The notes under the pieces: model-generated | What the model was told of the DNA's origin: nothing | The model's input: the letters and a program-made list of their open reading frames with translations, nothing else | Databases searched by the model: none | Program-made: the position numbers and the translations under genes | Part shown: piece after piece, positions 14,163 through 28,755 of the stretch | Layout of the letters: the number at the start of each line of letters is the position of its first letter | How positions within the stretch are numbered: position 1 is the stretch's first letter | From: Octopus vulgaris | Lineage: Eukaryota | Assembly: GCA_951406725.2 (NCBI GenBank) | Contig: OX597826.1 | Location: forward strand, 7,130,001 to 7,194,000 | DNA length: 64,000 nt | Direction: 5' to 3'

Positions 14163-14463
14163 GTATATATATATGTATGTCCGGGTGCAATTTTTGTTGT
14201 TTTTTTTATCACCTCTTATGTTTACAAGATTAAGAAACGCTAGTTTAATCATTCCTATAAATCCATCAAGTATAACACATTGTGTTAAACCTATCGACCG
14301 TAACCTCTTTTTTCATACTTGACGGTTTCTCTTGCTGTTTTTGTCATATGATCGACCAGCAGTTTGACAAATTGCATGGTCTACTAACGGAGGAATGGTG
14401 AACTGAAAGGTTAGGGTGAACTGAATCTGTATTCCTCCGACATTTCTACCCGTAATGTAATTT

Positions 14464-14567
14464 AGGCGTAGGTGTAGCTGTGTGGTAAGTAGCTTGCTTA
14501 CCAACAACATGGTTCCATTTGGTAGACGGAAACTAAAAGAAGTACGTCGTATATATGTATATATGTA

Positions 14568-14642
<75 letters not shown>

Positions 14643-14866
14643 GTGTGTGTACATGTTTGTGTATCTGTGTTTGTCCCCCCAATATCGCTTGACAACCGAT
14701 CTTGGTGTGTTCACGTCCCTGTAACTTAGCGATTCGGCAAAAGATACCGATAGAATAAGTACTAGGCTTACAAAGAATAAGTCATGGGGGCAATTTTTTC
14801 GACTAAAGGCGATGCTCCAGCATGGCCGCAGTCAAATGACTGAAACAAGTAAAAGAGTAAAAGAGA
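14464..14866 (+). mobile_element. SINE family A with internal deletion in the head
   Basis: GGCGTAGGTGTAGCTGTGTGGTAAG start and intact 3' half. The B-box segment is missing. Confidence 0.9.
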
Positions 14867-16130
14867 ATCTACGTGATGATCATGAAAAGGTTGAACAATT
14901 GAAATTGCAGTTAGATTTGATTGGATGCGCATGCGCTTCTACAATGTTTCCTCTACGTAGTCAAACACAAAACATTGACCCGAGGCTATTGTGAAGACAG
15001 TTGCCAGGTTGTCGCACAGTGGGATCGAACCTGAACAAATACAGACATATACACGCAGGAGATCAATATGCATTTGTCATTGTTGGTCTATTATTACTCA
15101 GCATCGAATCTGAGAGGATAAACCAAATAAAACCAAATTTGCATTTTCTTTTCCCAAAAAGATTTCCCCACTCTATGGTGCAGCTGGTGTCTTTACTTTG
15201 ATGTATAAACATCTTTAGTTTTACATCTTACTAGAAAAAATAGACAGGTTACAATCTTACCACCAGTGCAGTTCTATTTACGACCAAGAACCTCTCCTAT
15301 ATACAGTCAATCTTCTGAGTCATAGAGTAGGTGTCAGAGGGTTGTACCATATAATTATAAAGCGTGTGCTAATTAGCAGTTTACTGTGTTGAGTTCAAAT
15401 AAATCGGAACCATTAAAAATAGCGCATCCAATCCACTATCATTCCAAAGTTAGTCACACATTGGAAGAGGAGACACAATCGATAGAACTAAAAAGTAATG
15501 TTTATTTGTTGTTAATAAGCAAAGACATGGTAGTTTGGTTTAGAAGCTTCTCGTTTCACGTTCAGTCCCACTGTGTGGCACCTTAGGCGAACAAGTGTCT
15601 TGAACAACAACACTGGTCTGACTGTGACCATTGTCATGTGAGTTCCACGTCTCTGTTTTTCTGTTATAAAAAAATGGCTTTTCTGTTTTCGTTTCTGTTG
15701 AGTTCTACGTCTATTTGTGGTGTCCTGTACCTACGTATATATATTTATATATGCATGTATATATACATGTAGATGTAGGTACGTACATATATGTTTGTAT
15801 GTATGCATATATTTTATTTATTACACTATATATATATATATATATATATGAATATATATATATATATATATGCATCTCTCTCTCTCCCTCTCTATGTTTT
15901 TGTTTTGATCTCTCTCTCTCTGTATATATATATACATTCATACACCCAGACACTCACACACACGCACACACGCGCACACACATATATTTATATATGTGAG
16001 CTCTTTGTATCCTTTTAAAGTTCCTTCATTTCCTATTCCTATTTCTAATCCAACTTCATGCTGTTAGGAGACAGTTACTTCCCTTTTTATTAACGGATAT
16101 TCAGAGGGTGCCACGCGTCTAAGGATATAG

Positions 16131-16193
<63 letters not shown>

Positions 16194-17419
16194 ATGTGTG
16201 TGCCTTTGCATTTGTATCTGTTCCCCACAAGCACTTGACAGTTTTTGTTGATTTGTTTCGGTTCCTGTTACTTTGTGGTTCGGCAAAAAAGTGAAAATAG
16301 AATACACGTAAGAGATTTTTTTTCAAGAAATTTGATCGTGTAAAAGATTTGATCGTGTAATCCACGCACCGACAACCTTTATCAAAAAGCGAGCCGCATG
16401 AGACATTTTTCACCACCAGGCGTGTCGCACTACTGAAAATATTGAAGGTAATTTTTTTGTTGGGTGCCATTCAGAAAGTCCAGCAGGCTGCAGATTGTCC
16501 ACTACTTATCCTAAAACTCTGCAAGTCGATGCTCCTGTGTGGCTATTTGTCTAATGACAGAAAAAAGTAAATGATAAAAAAGTAACAGATAAAAATATGG
16601 TGCTTATTTATTCACATTATTTTGAATTAATCCTGTACTGTGCTCCGTCTTCGTGATTTTGATGACCTGATATATAAATATTTAAAATGACATTGTCGGT
16701 TATGTATGAGAGGCTACAACTGGTCATTTTGAATATAAAACCAGTAGAATATCTGGGTCAGCTTTAGCCGGTTTAAATACTAAACAGTTAGACCTCGTCC
16801 GAAACGTTATGCATTTTCCCTGAAAATCCCCTGAAAGTTACCGGCGTCTTGTATGCGAGGCTTTCCACTGACAGTACTTGCACAAAGGAAGCTGTTTTGA
16901 AGTTTACTTACTGTTATTTTTATGAGTTTGAGGTGGCTATATGATGATGCTATCAATTAATAAGTTCTTATAGTTGTTTGCAACAAATGTCATGTTATTT
17001 TAAAATCAAGCGAAAATATTTCTTTATTTTATGATGGTATTTTTGTCAACATTTCTGTAGTTCTGCTTATAAACAACAGAATTTAATTATATTTATATTA
17101 TACTTTGCGGTTTATGGAAAATACGATTAACAACTGTAATAGATTGCAAAATATAAGTTGGTCATTATTAGATTTCCTCTCTCTTCAGTCTACGGGTTTC
17201 TGTATGTATGTATGTATGTATGTATGTATGTATGTATGTATGTATGTATGTATGTATGTATGTATGTATGAATGAATGTAAGTACGTACGTATGTATCTC
17301 TAACTCACACTTGCTCTGTCTCTCCCTCTCACATATATACGTATGTATAAACACACACCCATATATACATATGTATGTGTATATGCACTTAAATAACCAT
17401 GTGTATATGTGTGGGTGTT

Positions 17420-17451
<32 letters not shown>

Positions 17452-17544
17452 CATATATACATATATACATATATACATATATACACACACATGTACAAAT
17501 ACTTATATAAGTGCATACATACACACACACACAAACACACACAA

Positions 17545-17606
<62 letters not shown>

Positions 17607-17813
17607 ATACACATATACACACACGCATATGCACATACTTATATAAGTGCATGCACACATACATTTGTGTATATGGGTGTGTGATTATACATACGTATAT
17701 ACATATATATTTACGTGCATATATATATATATATATATGCATATCTATCTTTTTATTTCTTTATCTGTCTATCTAAGTATCTATCTACTTATATTTCTAT
17801 GTATGTAAGTATG

Positions 17814-17863
<50 letters not shown>

Positions 17864-17945
17864 TATACGTATATATATGTATATATACATATATACATAT
17901 ATACATACATATATATATACATATATACATACATATATATATACA

Positions 17946-18400
17946 CTAGCAGTATCGCCCGGCGTTGCTCAGGTTTGTAAGGGAAATAACTATAAAGCAT
18001 TTTTAGAGAGTTATAGCCAAAAAACAGCATAAAAAAAAATTGGAAAAAAATTATGGTAAATTTTTTTTGATAGTTAAAAAAGGTGGAGTTGCGTCCCCTA
18101 CACAGTTTGTGGTTTGTGTTCCTGGTTCTTCGACCCCATGTCGAATTTATCGATTAATGTGGCAAATACTAATCATATAGCAAGAATGATACCTACCTTT
18201 TTCAGAACTAGGGGAACTTTTCAAAATTTTCGCTGCGTTAGTTTCTGGAATTATGACATTAGGGCTATGACTTTTTAAAATTCTGTGTCAAGTTTCTTTA
18301 AAGACTTAATCTTTGAATCGGTTGAAAGCTGTGGTCAGGGTGAGGGTACAAGCAAACAGACACACAGAAACACGCACTTGAAGACTTTTATATATATATA
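17946..18400 (-). mobile_element. Non-autonomous Helitron
   Basis: The minus strand ends CCTGAGCAACGCCGGGCGATACTGCTAG|T, a GC hairpin plus CTAG before a T. The 5' end merges into (TA)n and is followed by a TGTC-rich tract. Confidence 0.75.
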
Positions 18401-18457
18401 TATATATATAACTGCATATAGATATACAAATATATACCGTATTATATATATAGATAC

Positions 18458-18563
<106 letters not shown>

Positions 18564-19209
18564 GTATGTATGTATACACACAGGTATATATCTCCACATA
18601 TTTAATTGTATGTATGCATGTATGTATGAATGTATGTCCGTACGTATATACAAGGAGGATTATATAGAGGCGATCTAAAATATTACAATCGCAGCCTAGA
18701 AAACAATCAGAAATGTAAATTGAATTGAGGTAAGCAGCAGTTGATGAAACCATGACACTAATAATAGGAAAATGCATTACACAAAATATATTTAAAATTG
18801 GTACAGGAATAATTTTGTAATCAGTTTGAATTGCGATATCAATCAACTTTTATCCTTTTTAATATAACTTTTGACGACGCGAAAGAAGAAATGAAAAATG
18901 CTTCGAGCATATCAGCTTAAATTGTTTACCATAACGATAATATTATTTCTAATGCCGACTACAATAATATTGACTTTAAGTATGATCACAAGGCTTAAAC
19001 TTTCGGTGATATCAGCAGTCACCCATCGTCATGAATGTTGGCTAATGACCGACAATATACGATTGTAAAAACAATCAGCCGAAATGAGCTTCCTCTGAAG
19101 TATATCGGGATCAATGTTATCTGATAGTGTGTGTAGGTCGGAGATCATGGTGCATCTCTCGGTGCAGCCGCTACTTCTTCGGATGGAAATGACATAACTC
19201 CGGTACTAA

Positions 19210-19610
19210 GACCCCCTTCGGTCATGAATGACCATGGGATTGCACCTAGAAAGTTCCCCTCCAAGGTGCTCGTCCGAGCAAGACCCTTTGCCGAGTGTCC
19301 GAGGTGGCCGGTACGTTCATTGTGAAAAAATTAGAGTGCTCAGAGCGAGCCCCGCTGGCTTGCATACGAAAAGCATGGAAGCCGCCGATGTTATCCAAGG
19401 GAAAGGCATCCAAGCCACCGATGTTATCCAAGGGAAAGGCAAAGTCCGATAGAGATTGGCACCATTGACATCGCAACTCATTTCTATAGCTGAATGAACT
19501 GCAGCAATGTGAAAATAAAGTGTCTTGCTCAAGAACACAACACATCGCCAGGTCCGGGAATTGAACTCACTTCCTCATGATTGTGTGCCTCATATTCTAA
19601 CCACTGGGCC
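19210..19610 (-). mobile_element. SINE family C (CORE-like, tRNA-derived), full length
   Basis: The reverse complement has GGCCCAGTGGTTAG (A box), GAGTTCAATTCCC (B box), CTTGAGCAAGACACTTTATTT, and tail GGTGCAATCCCATGGTCATTCATGACCGAAGGGGG. Internal ~33-bp duplication at 19380-19440. Confidence 0.9.
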
Positions 19611-19831
19611 TTGTAGACACGTGAATAGACTGCCGCAGGAAAGAATCGCCAGTTGGATTCTTCAAGCAGAGCCAACTGTACGAGACCTAAGGTAGAAGAA
19701 GAACGAACTTGTTGGCTAATAACCATTGTCTCAGAATGTCACACTTAGAACACTATGAAGGGGATACCTAAAGACTCAACCTCTCGAAATTCCCAGGAAT
19801 AGGGAGCTGAGCAGATGGATGGATGCATAGT

Positions 19832-20430
19832 CGATTAAATTATTCCACTACTCAACTAGTATATTCTTTAATCTAACTGTTTATGAAGGTACACAGAATT
19901 GATTTAGGAAGGATTTGAAAGTCAGGATGTAAACGTCTCTCGATAATGGCGTTTGTTTGAAGATCTAACGATCCGAATAAACCCATGTTATTGATTTCAA
20001 ATTCTGGCAGAAGGCCAACGAATTCGTGGAAAGGAGTAAGTCGATTACATCACACCCAGTGCTCAATAGGTATTTAATTTATCGACTCCGAAAGGTAAAA
20101 GGCAAAGTCGACCTCGGCAAATTTGAACTCAGACTGTGAAGACGGATGAAATGTCGCTAAGCGATTTGTCCGGTAACGATTCCACCAGTTCGTTACCTTC
20201 GATAAACCAATAATATTCTTTTCTACTCTAGGCACAATGACCGACATTTTTGGGAAGGGATTAAGTCGATTAGATCGACCCTAGTACGCAACTGGTACTT
20301 ATTTTATCGACCTCGAAAGGATGAAAGGCAAAGTCGACCTCGGCGGAATTTGAACTCAGAACGTAAAGACAGACGAAATACTGCTAATAATTTCGCCCAG
20401 CATGCTAACATTTCTACCAGCTCGCTGCCC
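19832..20430 (-). mobile_element. Three head-to-tail family B SINE monomers
   Basis: Copies at ~19832-19935 (old), 19990-20200 and 20215-20430. The two younger copies carry AAAGGCAAAGTCGACCTCGGC; the old one is degenerate. Confidence 0.85.
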
Positions 20431-20477
20431 TATAAACAAATAATATAATATTAGCATTACTCAACAACTTAAAACGT

Positions 20478-20730
20478 AGCGCCGCAATGGACTCGCGATC
20501 GGAGGATCGCGGTTTCGATTCCCAGACTGGGTGTTACGTGCGTTTATTGAGCGAAAACACCTAAAGCTCCACGAGGCAGGGGTGGGGTGGGGTGGCGATC
20601 CCTGTTGTACTCTTTTGCCTCAACTTTCTCTCACTCTCTCTTCATGTCTCCCCCAGCTGGGGGGGAACACATACGCCACAGAAACCGGGAAATCGGGCCC
20701 ATGAACCTGGCTAGGCTTGAAAAGGGTGCA
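20478..20730 (+). mobile_element. SINE family D, internally deleted
   Basis: GGACTCGCG..GGATCGCGGTTTCGATTCCCAGAC is homologous to 60362-60550. The tail is shared with 32520-32582. Confidence 0.8.
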
Positions 20731-21994
20731 GAGAGAGACATCTTAAAACAACAGCATAATGGAGGGCTCTTTAGTTGACAAAAGACTCATGGTGGCAACC
20801 AAATTTGCTAGAAATACTAGTCAAATTTCTTACAAAATTACATCCTGCCTTCGTATGGAATAGGTTGATATTGTCTTCGACATAGTGACTCTAATCAAGA
20901 GAATATGGCTATGGGGGGAACATCTTTCGTCACAGTTCTGCAATCTACGCACGCTTACGGCTGAACTGGAGTTTAACACCAGCAACAGCAACATCAACTG
21001 TATCGCATAAATACTGAATTAAAGTGCACCTACATCATAGTCTTCAGTTCGAGGTAGTTTAGTCTTGTATTTATCTTGAGTTGAATGAATAAATCGATTA
21101 TTTCTGCATGTCTTTCTATGTATGCTTGAGATTTTTCCGTATTCTTCATGCTATATAAATGGAAAATATTTTTGTCGCCAAACATAAGTACAGTTATTTA
21201 TAAAGAAAGCTTACAGAATATTTTGCTTCATTCAAATGCATTCTTTATTTCGTATCAAGTGGGGGAAAAAGGTATATATCTTTTTAATATAAAGAATAAA
21301 CAGAGAAAATTCTTGGTAGAAAAAAGGGTTGTCGCAATTAAAACAATAGTTTATTCTTGTATTAATCATTGTATTCTAATTTGAACGTTTTTGCAGTAAA
21401 TATTGTCCTAAATCCCCGAGGGAGGGTGGAATCTAATATAAATACATTTAATTAAAATAGCCATCTATGTGTCATATTTAATGTATATACATCTTTGACA
21501 GGTGAGATGTTACTGTTTTTGTCTGAGATAAAATCTCTCATGGACGTGCTGTGTTTAAACGCAATCTGTAGCGAAGTGAGATGAAAATTCGTCCAGCCAG
21601 ACGCATTTCGGCCTTTTAGGGCAAAGACGTGTACTCCCAGCCGTCTGCCTAGACGAAAGTTGTGGCTTCCGATATATAGGACATACTGAATAATACATTA
21701 CGCTTAATTGGAACATGCTAAAAAGGGAAGACAAATTTTCCCCACGTTACAAATTACAATCTTAAATAAAGGAGGTCACATTGGATAGCAAACACAGGAT
21801 GCTAAGAGATGGAATATCTTTTGACATACAGCCATGAAACTGACAGGGAATATTCCGAAACATATTCTTGGAAATTCCACATTGGATTTATACAGAATAA
21901 GAAAAAAATTTGAATATGCAACACAAATATTTTACAAGTCGACACGCTTATACCTGATTGGAGATCCATCCAAGGTCCTCCAGAACACAATCAC

Positions 21995-22118
21995 TAGAAT
22001 CATGTTCTAGGCTTTCTTGAAGTCTACTCATGGTATTGTTAAATTTTTCTTTCTATGTTTTATTTCATTTAGAATGGCTTTGTCTATACATAATAGATCA
22101 GGTGTTCCTCTAGCCTTC

Positions 22119-22152
<34 letters not shown>

Positions 22153-22650
22153 CTTTTGTATTCTTCTAACAGCAAATTCCAGCCGTCAACGTACCCGTAA
22201 ATGCTTTCTGGGAACACTCCTGTTAACAACTACCACACAAATTATAAGCAAATGTTTGGTCTAAACTTAGTAGGTGTATTGCCCTTGCTTTTCTCTTTCA
22301 TAAGGAGTACTGTTCTCCCTCTACTCATCCAGTTCGGTATAACTCTTCCATTCAGGTAAGCCTGAAGTTGTTCTTACAGTATCCCATGTAAGCTACTAAA
22401 TTTCTTTAACCACTAACTTTGAACTAAATTTGGTCCTTCCAACTTTCGGCAGTCTTCCTAACACTTTACTCATTAATTCACTAGTTAGTCTTAGGTCTTA
22501 CTGCTTCTCACTCACTACTTCTTCCCTCCCTTTTTTTAAACATGCAGCATTTCCATTATGATTGACTGGCTTATCCCAAACATTACTCCAGAACTTTTTA
22601 GCTTCTTCAGCATTAGGTTTCTCATCTTTGGTACTTTCTTCTCAACTATT
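21995..22650 (-). pseudogene. R4/Dong-clade LINE reverse transcriptase relic
   Basis: The minus strand translates PNAEEAKKFWSNVWD, WLKKFSSLHG, IPNWMSRGRTVLLMKEKSKGNTPTKFRPNICL*FVW*LLTG, then RKARGTPDLLCIDKAIL...*VDFKKA. These are R4/Dong RT N-terminal domains with stops. Confidence 0.85.
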
Positions 22651-22651
22651 T

Positions 22652-23497
22652 ATTTCGTCAGCCGCTACGTTCTGAGTTCAAATTCTACTAAGGTCGACTT
22701 TGCATTTCATCCTTTCGGGAGCGATAAATTAAGTACCAGATGAACACTGGGGTAGATGAAATCGACTTAATCTCCACCTCCACCAAGCTGCCCTTGAGGC
22801 AAAAATTTGAAATGATAATAATAATTATTATTATTAGCAAGGCGGTGATCTGGCAGAATGGCCATCGCACCGTACAAAATCCTAAAAACATTTCTTCCGG
22901 CTTTATGTTCTGAGTTCAAATTCTGCCGACGTCGACTTTGCCTTCTATCCTTTCAGGGTCTATAAAATAATAGTTCAGCATTGGGGTCGATGTAATCGGG
23001 TTACCTACTTCCACAAAATTTCCGACCTTGTGCCTATAGTAGAATGGATTATTATATTTATTAGTGAACAGAGGACAGAATCGCTAAAGCACCGGACAAA
23101 ATGCTTAGCGGCATTAGCTTCGGCTCTTTACAATCTGACTTCAAACTAACACCAAAGTCATCCTTATCATTCATCCTTATATTTTCGATAAAATGAAGTT
23201 CCATTCCACTGGGGTTGATGTAATAAACTTGCCCCTCCGATCAACATTTTTATGATTGTGAAAAAATTATATTTCTTTATTACCCACAAGGGGCTAAATA
23301 CAGAGGGAACAAACAAGGACAGACAAAGGTATTAAGACTATTACACTGGTGCGTAACTGGTACTTAATTTATCGACCCCGAACGGATGAAAGGCAAAGTC
23401 GACCTCGGCGGAATTTGAACTCAGAACGTAATGGGTGACGAAATACGGCTACGCATTTCGCCCGGCGTGCTAACGTTTCTGCCAGCTCACCGCCTTG
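22652..23497. mobile_element. Cluster of family B SINEs (three +, one -)
   Basis: Plus copies at 22652-22815, 22838-23050 and 23070-23265. Minus copy at 23270-23497. Confidence 0.85.
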
Positions 23498-23546
23498 ACA
23501 AAATTAGAAACACTTATAAAATAGCAAAACGGCAGAGACGTTAGAG

Positions 23547-24076
23547 CAGGGGTTCACAGACATTTTTTTATCTATGGACCCCATTGATTATTATTTTATT
23601 TTGGTGGACCCCCATCGCCATTCGATGTTTAAAAACTAGTTTTATATAAACTTCTTTCAATATTCCTATCATGCTTTTTTGTCGCAGGCTCTGTAGGCTG
23701 AACTATGTAGAATGTCACAGAAAGAAACCTCAATGATCCTTGTCATACATCCAAAGTAATTTTTTTTTTCAGGATCCCTTAAAATAGTATTTTTGATCCC
23801 CAATTTACTATTTTGTAACATGGAACCCCTCCCCCCACCACCACCACCACCACCACCACCAAAATGAAAACCCTGCTGAGAACCATTGATGTAAATGGTT
23901 AGAGAAAGAAACCTAGCTGATATTTTGCAATACGTACCAATACATTCATCTGAAGAAAAATATTTTTAGGGGCCATTAAAATACTAATGTGGTTCCCCAA
24001 TTTATTATTTTGTAGTGAGGACCTCAACCCCACAAAAAAAAAAAAAATCCACATGGACCCAGGTTGAGAACCACTG
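23547..24076. mobile_element. hAT/Charlie-like MITE
   Basis: TIRs CAGGGGTTCACA / TTGAGAACCACTG. 8-bp TSD CGTTAGAG/TGTTAGAA (6 of 8). Inserted in a degenerate family B head. A related older copy lies at ~29074-29443. Confidence 0.8.
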
Positions 24077-24988
24077 TGTTAGAATTTTGTAGCATTTTTT
24101 CGGTACATTAAAATTCCGGGTTCAAATTAAACTGATACCAACTTTGCTTTTCATCCAGAGATCTTTGGGTGAAACCCACTTTCGGCTGCTCGTATTTACC
24201 TTCGTATATTTTCCGACATTGCCCAACATTCATGACAGAAGTGAGAATACGCACGAAATCCGAAATGAAGAGAGAAATTTTGGTTATCGAATGCCGGAGC
24301 TGGAGTATCGGCTCTTCTGGAATTAAAGCATTACAGTGCCAACACCTGGAAATCTAGCATCCAATTCACTTCCTGCTTCCTATCATACGCGAAGATGACC
24401 CCTCGACGCGTAAACCTCTAAACTTGCCTCAGCGTTATTCTACAATATTTAATGCATATTTTCTAAAGAATGTACAATTTAAGGGAGATTCATCTGTTAT
24501 TTTTAGTAACACAAGAGACAGTGTAGAAGATCCGTAATTTTAGCACAAGAAATTACCATTTATTATCTTTATTGGAATCATTGAATAAATATGAAGAATT
24601 TCAGGATTGACCCAAATATCTATGGCGTTGGGAATAGAAAAATCAATACTAAATAAGTATTCGTTCAAATAAAGACTTACAAAAATAATATATCACTTTC
24701 AAATAGTAATTGTTTACAAGTATTTTCATATGCAAATTTCTATAGAAAACCTTGCAAACTAAATTATGAAGTGAGATACTTAACGTAATAAAAATACATA
24801 AAGCGAAAATATACGTCGTCGTATAATCGTACATAATCGCACTTATTCAAATGTACGGACATGAAAAATGCATACAACCACAAGCAGAAGACACACACAC
24901 ACACAGGCATTAACCACAAACAAACAAACAAACACACACACACACACACTAGCCCCAAACAAACAAACACACGCATATATTTACTTAC

Positions 24989-25081
<93 letters not shown>

Positions 25082-25194
25082 ATATATATACGTACACGCA
25101 TACATATATGCTTACAGATATATACAGAGACACATAACTTTGTGTCACACCCTTTGTTTCTCTCACACATACACACACACTCTCTCTTTCCCTT

Positions 25195-25241
<47 letters not shown>

Positions 25242-25293
25242 GCATATTTATATGTATATATGTATGTATATATATATATACACACACACGCAC

Positions 25294-25330
<37 letters not shown>

Positions 25331-25998
25331 CTTATATATTATATATCATATATTATATGTGTGTGTGTACATATCTATACACACACACACTCACACACAC
25401 ACACACATACACACACGTACTTTGAATGAAAAAAAAAACAACCAGCCATGCCATCGCTATACATAAATTATTCAAAAGTATAACGTAAATATATAAGAGC
25501 ATGTTTCTGCGAGCGTATGTACGTAAGTCTGTTTCGCTCTCTGAAACAGCAATTACTTTGGCAATTATTCAAAAGACACAACTATTTCTATCTCGAAACG
25601 GGGTGTGACTATAAATATTTAAAAGACGAGCTGAAATATTTAATACATAAAAAAAAAAAATGGAAAACTCAATGGAAAATACAACTAAACTCAATCACTA
25701 GACAGGCGAAGATTTATGATTAAAGCAATTTAATTCGACTGACGGATTATAGCTATGTGTGTTATGTTATGTTAAATATGTACGTATGTATGTATGTATG
25801 GATGGATTGATGGATTGATGGATGTGTGGCTAGATGTATGGATGGACAGATTCATATCTGTATATGCCTGTTTAGATGCATGCATCAATATATGCACTCG
25901 TGATTTTTCTATGGTGTATTTATGTGTGTGTATATATAGATATATGAATAGATATATATTTATAGAATATATACATATGTGTGTGTGTGTGTGTGCAT

Positions 25999-26164
25999 AG
26001 GCGTAGGAGTGGCTGCGTGGTAAGTAGCTTGCTTAGGAATCACATAGTTCCACGTTGAGTCCTACTGCGTGACACCTTGGGCAAGTGTCTTCTACTATAG
26101 CCTCGGGCCGACCAAAGCCTTGTGAGTGGATGTGGTAGGCGGAAACTGAAAGAAGCCCGTCGTA

Positions 26165-26215
<51 letters not shown>

Positions 26216-26430
26216 ATATTTGTATCTGTGTTTGTCCTCCCAACATCGCTTGACAACCGGTGCTGGTGTGTTTACGTCCCCGTAACTTAATGGTTCGGCA
26301 AAAAGGACCGATAGAATAAGTACTAGACTTACCAAGAATAAGTATGTCCTGGGGTCGATTCGTTCGACTGAAGGCGGTGCTCCGGCATGGCCACAGTTAA
26401 ATGACTGGAACAGGTAAAAGAGTAAAAGAA
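25999..26430 (+). mobile_element. SINE family A, full length
   Basis: Complete head, microsatellite and tail. Confidence 0.92.
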
Positions 26431-26576
26431 AGGAGAGAAAGTGTATATATACATATATATGTGTGCGTATGCATGCGATTATTCATGCATGTACGTATGT
26501 AAGCATATATCCCCTCATATCCATGTGTGTGTGTGTATTTCCTTTGCATATTCATAAGTATATTAATAAGCATCTA

Positions 26577-26790
26577 TAAGGCTGCGAGCTGACGGGATCG
26601 TTAGAACGGAATCGTTAGATTAGCTCCGTTTCGCCCGTCTTTGCTGTCTGAGTTCAAATACCGCCGAGTTCAACTTTGCCATTCATATTTTCAGGTCGAC
26701 AGAACCAATAACATTTTTGTACTGCTTCGATGTAATCTCCTAGCGCCGTCACCCAAAATTACAAGCCTTGTGCATATAGCACAAAGGATT
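26577..26790 (+). mobile_element. Degenerate family B SINE
   Basis: AAGGCTGCGAGCTGAC..., TCTGAGTTCAAATACCGCCGAG, and the CCTTGTGC tail. Confidence 0.7.
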
Positions 26791-26890
26791 AATATATATA
26801 TCTATATATATACACAGAAACTCCCACATATATGCACATATTTATACACGCATAAATACAAGTATATAGGCATACATTCCTTTATAAAAA

Positions 26891-26962
<72 letters not shown>

Positions 26963-27009
26963 CATGTGTATCTATCTGTCTATATCTATCTATCTGTCTG
27001 TTTATCTAT

Positions 27010-27110
<101 letters not shown>

Positions 27111-27615
27111 TACATATATATAAATATGTATATCTAAAATATGAATATATAAAAAGATATATATGTGCGTGTGTGTGTGTGTGTGTGTGTATGTATGTGT
27201 GTGTCTGTGAGTGTGTGTATACACACATACATACCAACAAGCACATACACCGACAGAACCTCCACTAAAATTTATTCCGATTTTCAGATTCCTCAATGTC
27301 TCTCAGAAAGCCCATAATGTGTACATTGTGCACCGGTAGACCATACTGCATAATGCAAATCATAGAAAATGGATGGCAAAATGTAGTGGACACATTAGTG
27401 TCACCAGAAAAACATCTGGGAATGCCATAGTTCTCAGGAAATCTGACACATTTAATGAGCTTATAACAGAGATGGTGGTTTCCTGTGCTGACAATATCAG
27501 CCGCTAGTTGTTGTCAGAATTGACAAGAACAGATGCCAATGAGGTACGGAATTGGGAGACACACACACATATACATACATACACACACACACACACATAC
27601 ACATACACACACACG

Positions 27616-27663
<48 letters not shown>

Positions 27664-27767
27664 AGCATACATATATGTGTGTATATATATATGTATGCAT
27701 GTATGATGTATGTATGTGTACAAATGTTTGTATGTATGTATATATGTATGTATATGTATATACATAT

Positions 27768-27821
<54 letters not shown>

Positions 27822-28432
27822 GTATATACAAAGATGCATATGCGCATATACACAATAAACTAATAACATAATAATTAAGAATTGTTGACAGGTCGAGAGC
27901 TAGGTGGGACGACAATATTATTATCATTATTATTATTTATGATGTTGTTGTTTTTTGTTGTTGTATTCTGAAAGATTGACAAGTGGATGACTGTCCCTTA
28001 ATTATGACCAATACATGTCCTAGTAAGTTATTAGAAAATGTGCAATTGGTAATATAACACCATTTCTTTCCGCTAAACTTAATCTAGGTATGAGATTCTT
28101 CTTTTTCCCTGTGATCTGTTTTGATGGGTTTACAAAACAATCTCTTTGTTACTGTTTTTATTCAGCACCAGTGCCAGCTGTGATGAAGCAGACCTATAAC
28201 AAAAAGCGTTCTAGCCATGACCAACTATCCTAGGTTTTGCTGGGTTACTTTGAGCATCATCAAAGATTGAATTTTTAGCTGCTCATTCTATTTGGTCAAG
28301 CAGTGGTCTAATAACCTTTTCATAGCTCGTTCATATATTTTGCGGAGGGCCTTAATTACTTGTTGGGACTCTGACATTTCCTTATGCAACTATGATATAC
28401 TAGCAACTACATTAAAGGCTTTATGAATGAAC

Positions 28433-28755
28433 ATGGCTCAGTAATTAGTGCATCGGGCTCACAATCATGAGGCAGTGTGTTCAATTCTGGAACTGGGCTG
28501 TATGTTGTCTTCAAGTCAAGACACTTTATTTCACGTTGCTCCACTTTATTTCACGTAGCAATAAGTTGCGACGTCAATGGTTCATAGCTGTATCAGCCTT
28601 TTCCTTTTGCATGGATAACATCGGTCTTATCTTAGAAGGAACTCTGATATACATGGGCGACTGCTGGTCTTCCATAAAAGAACCTTGCTCGGACTTGTGC
28701 CTCTGAGGGTGTTTCTAGGTGCAATGCCATGGTCATTCATGACCAACGGAGGGTT
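28433..28755 (+). mobile_element. SINE family C
   Basis: Homologous over its full length to the reverse complement of 19210-19610. Confidence 0.85.

Noticed and set aside
21590-21630. Minus-strand GGCCGAAATGCGTC, resembling a hammerhead 3' half
   Set aside because: No CTGANGA upstream and no stem I partner.
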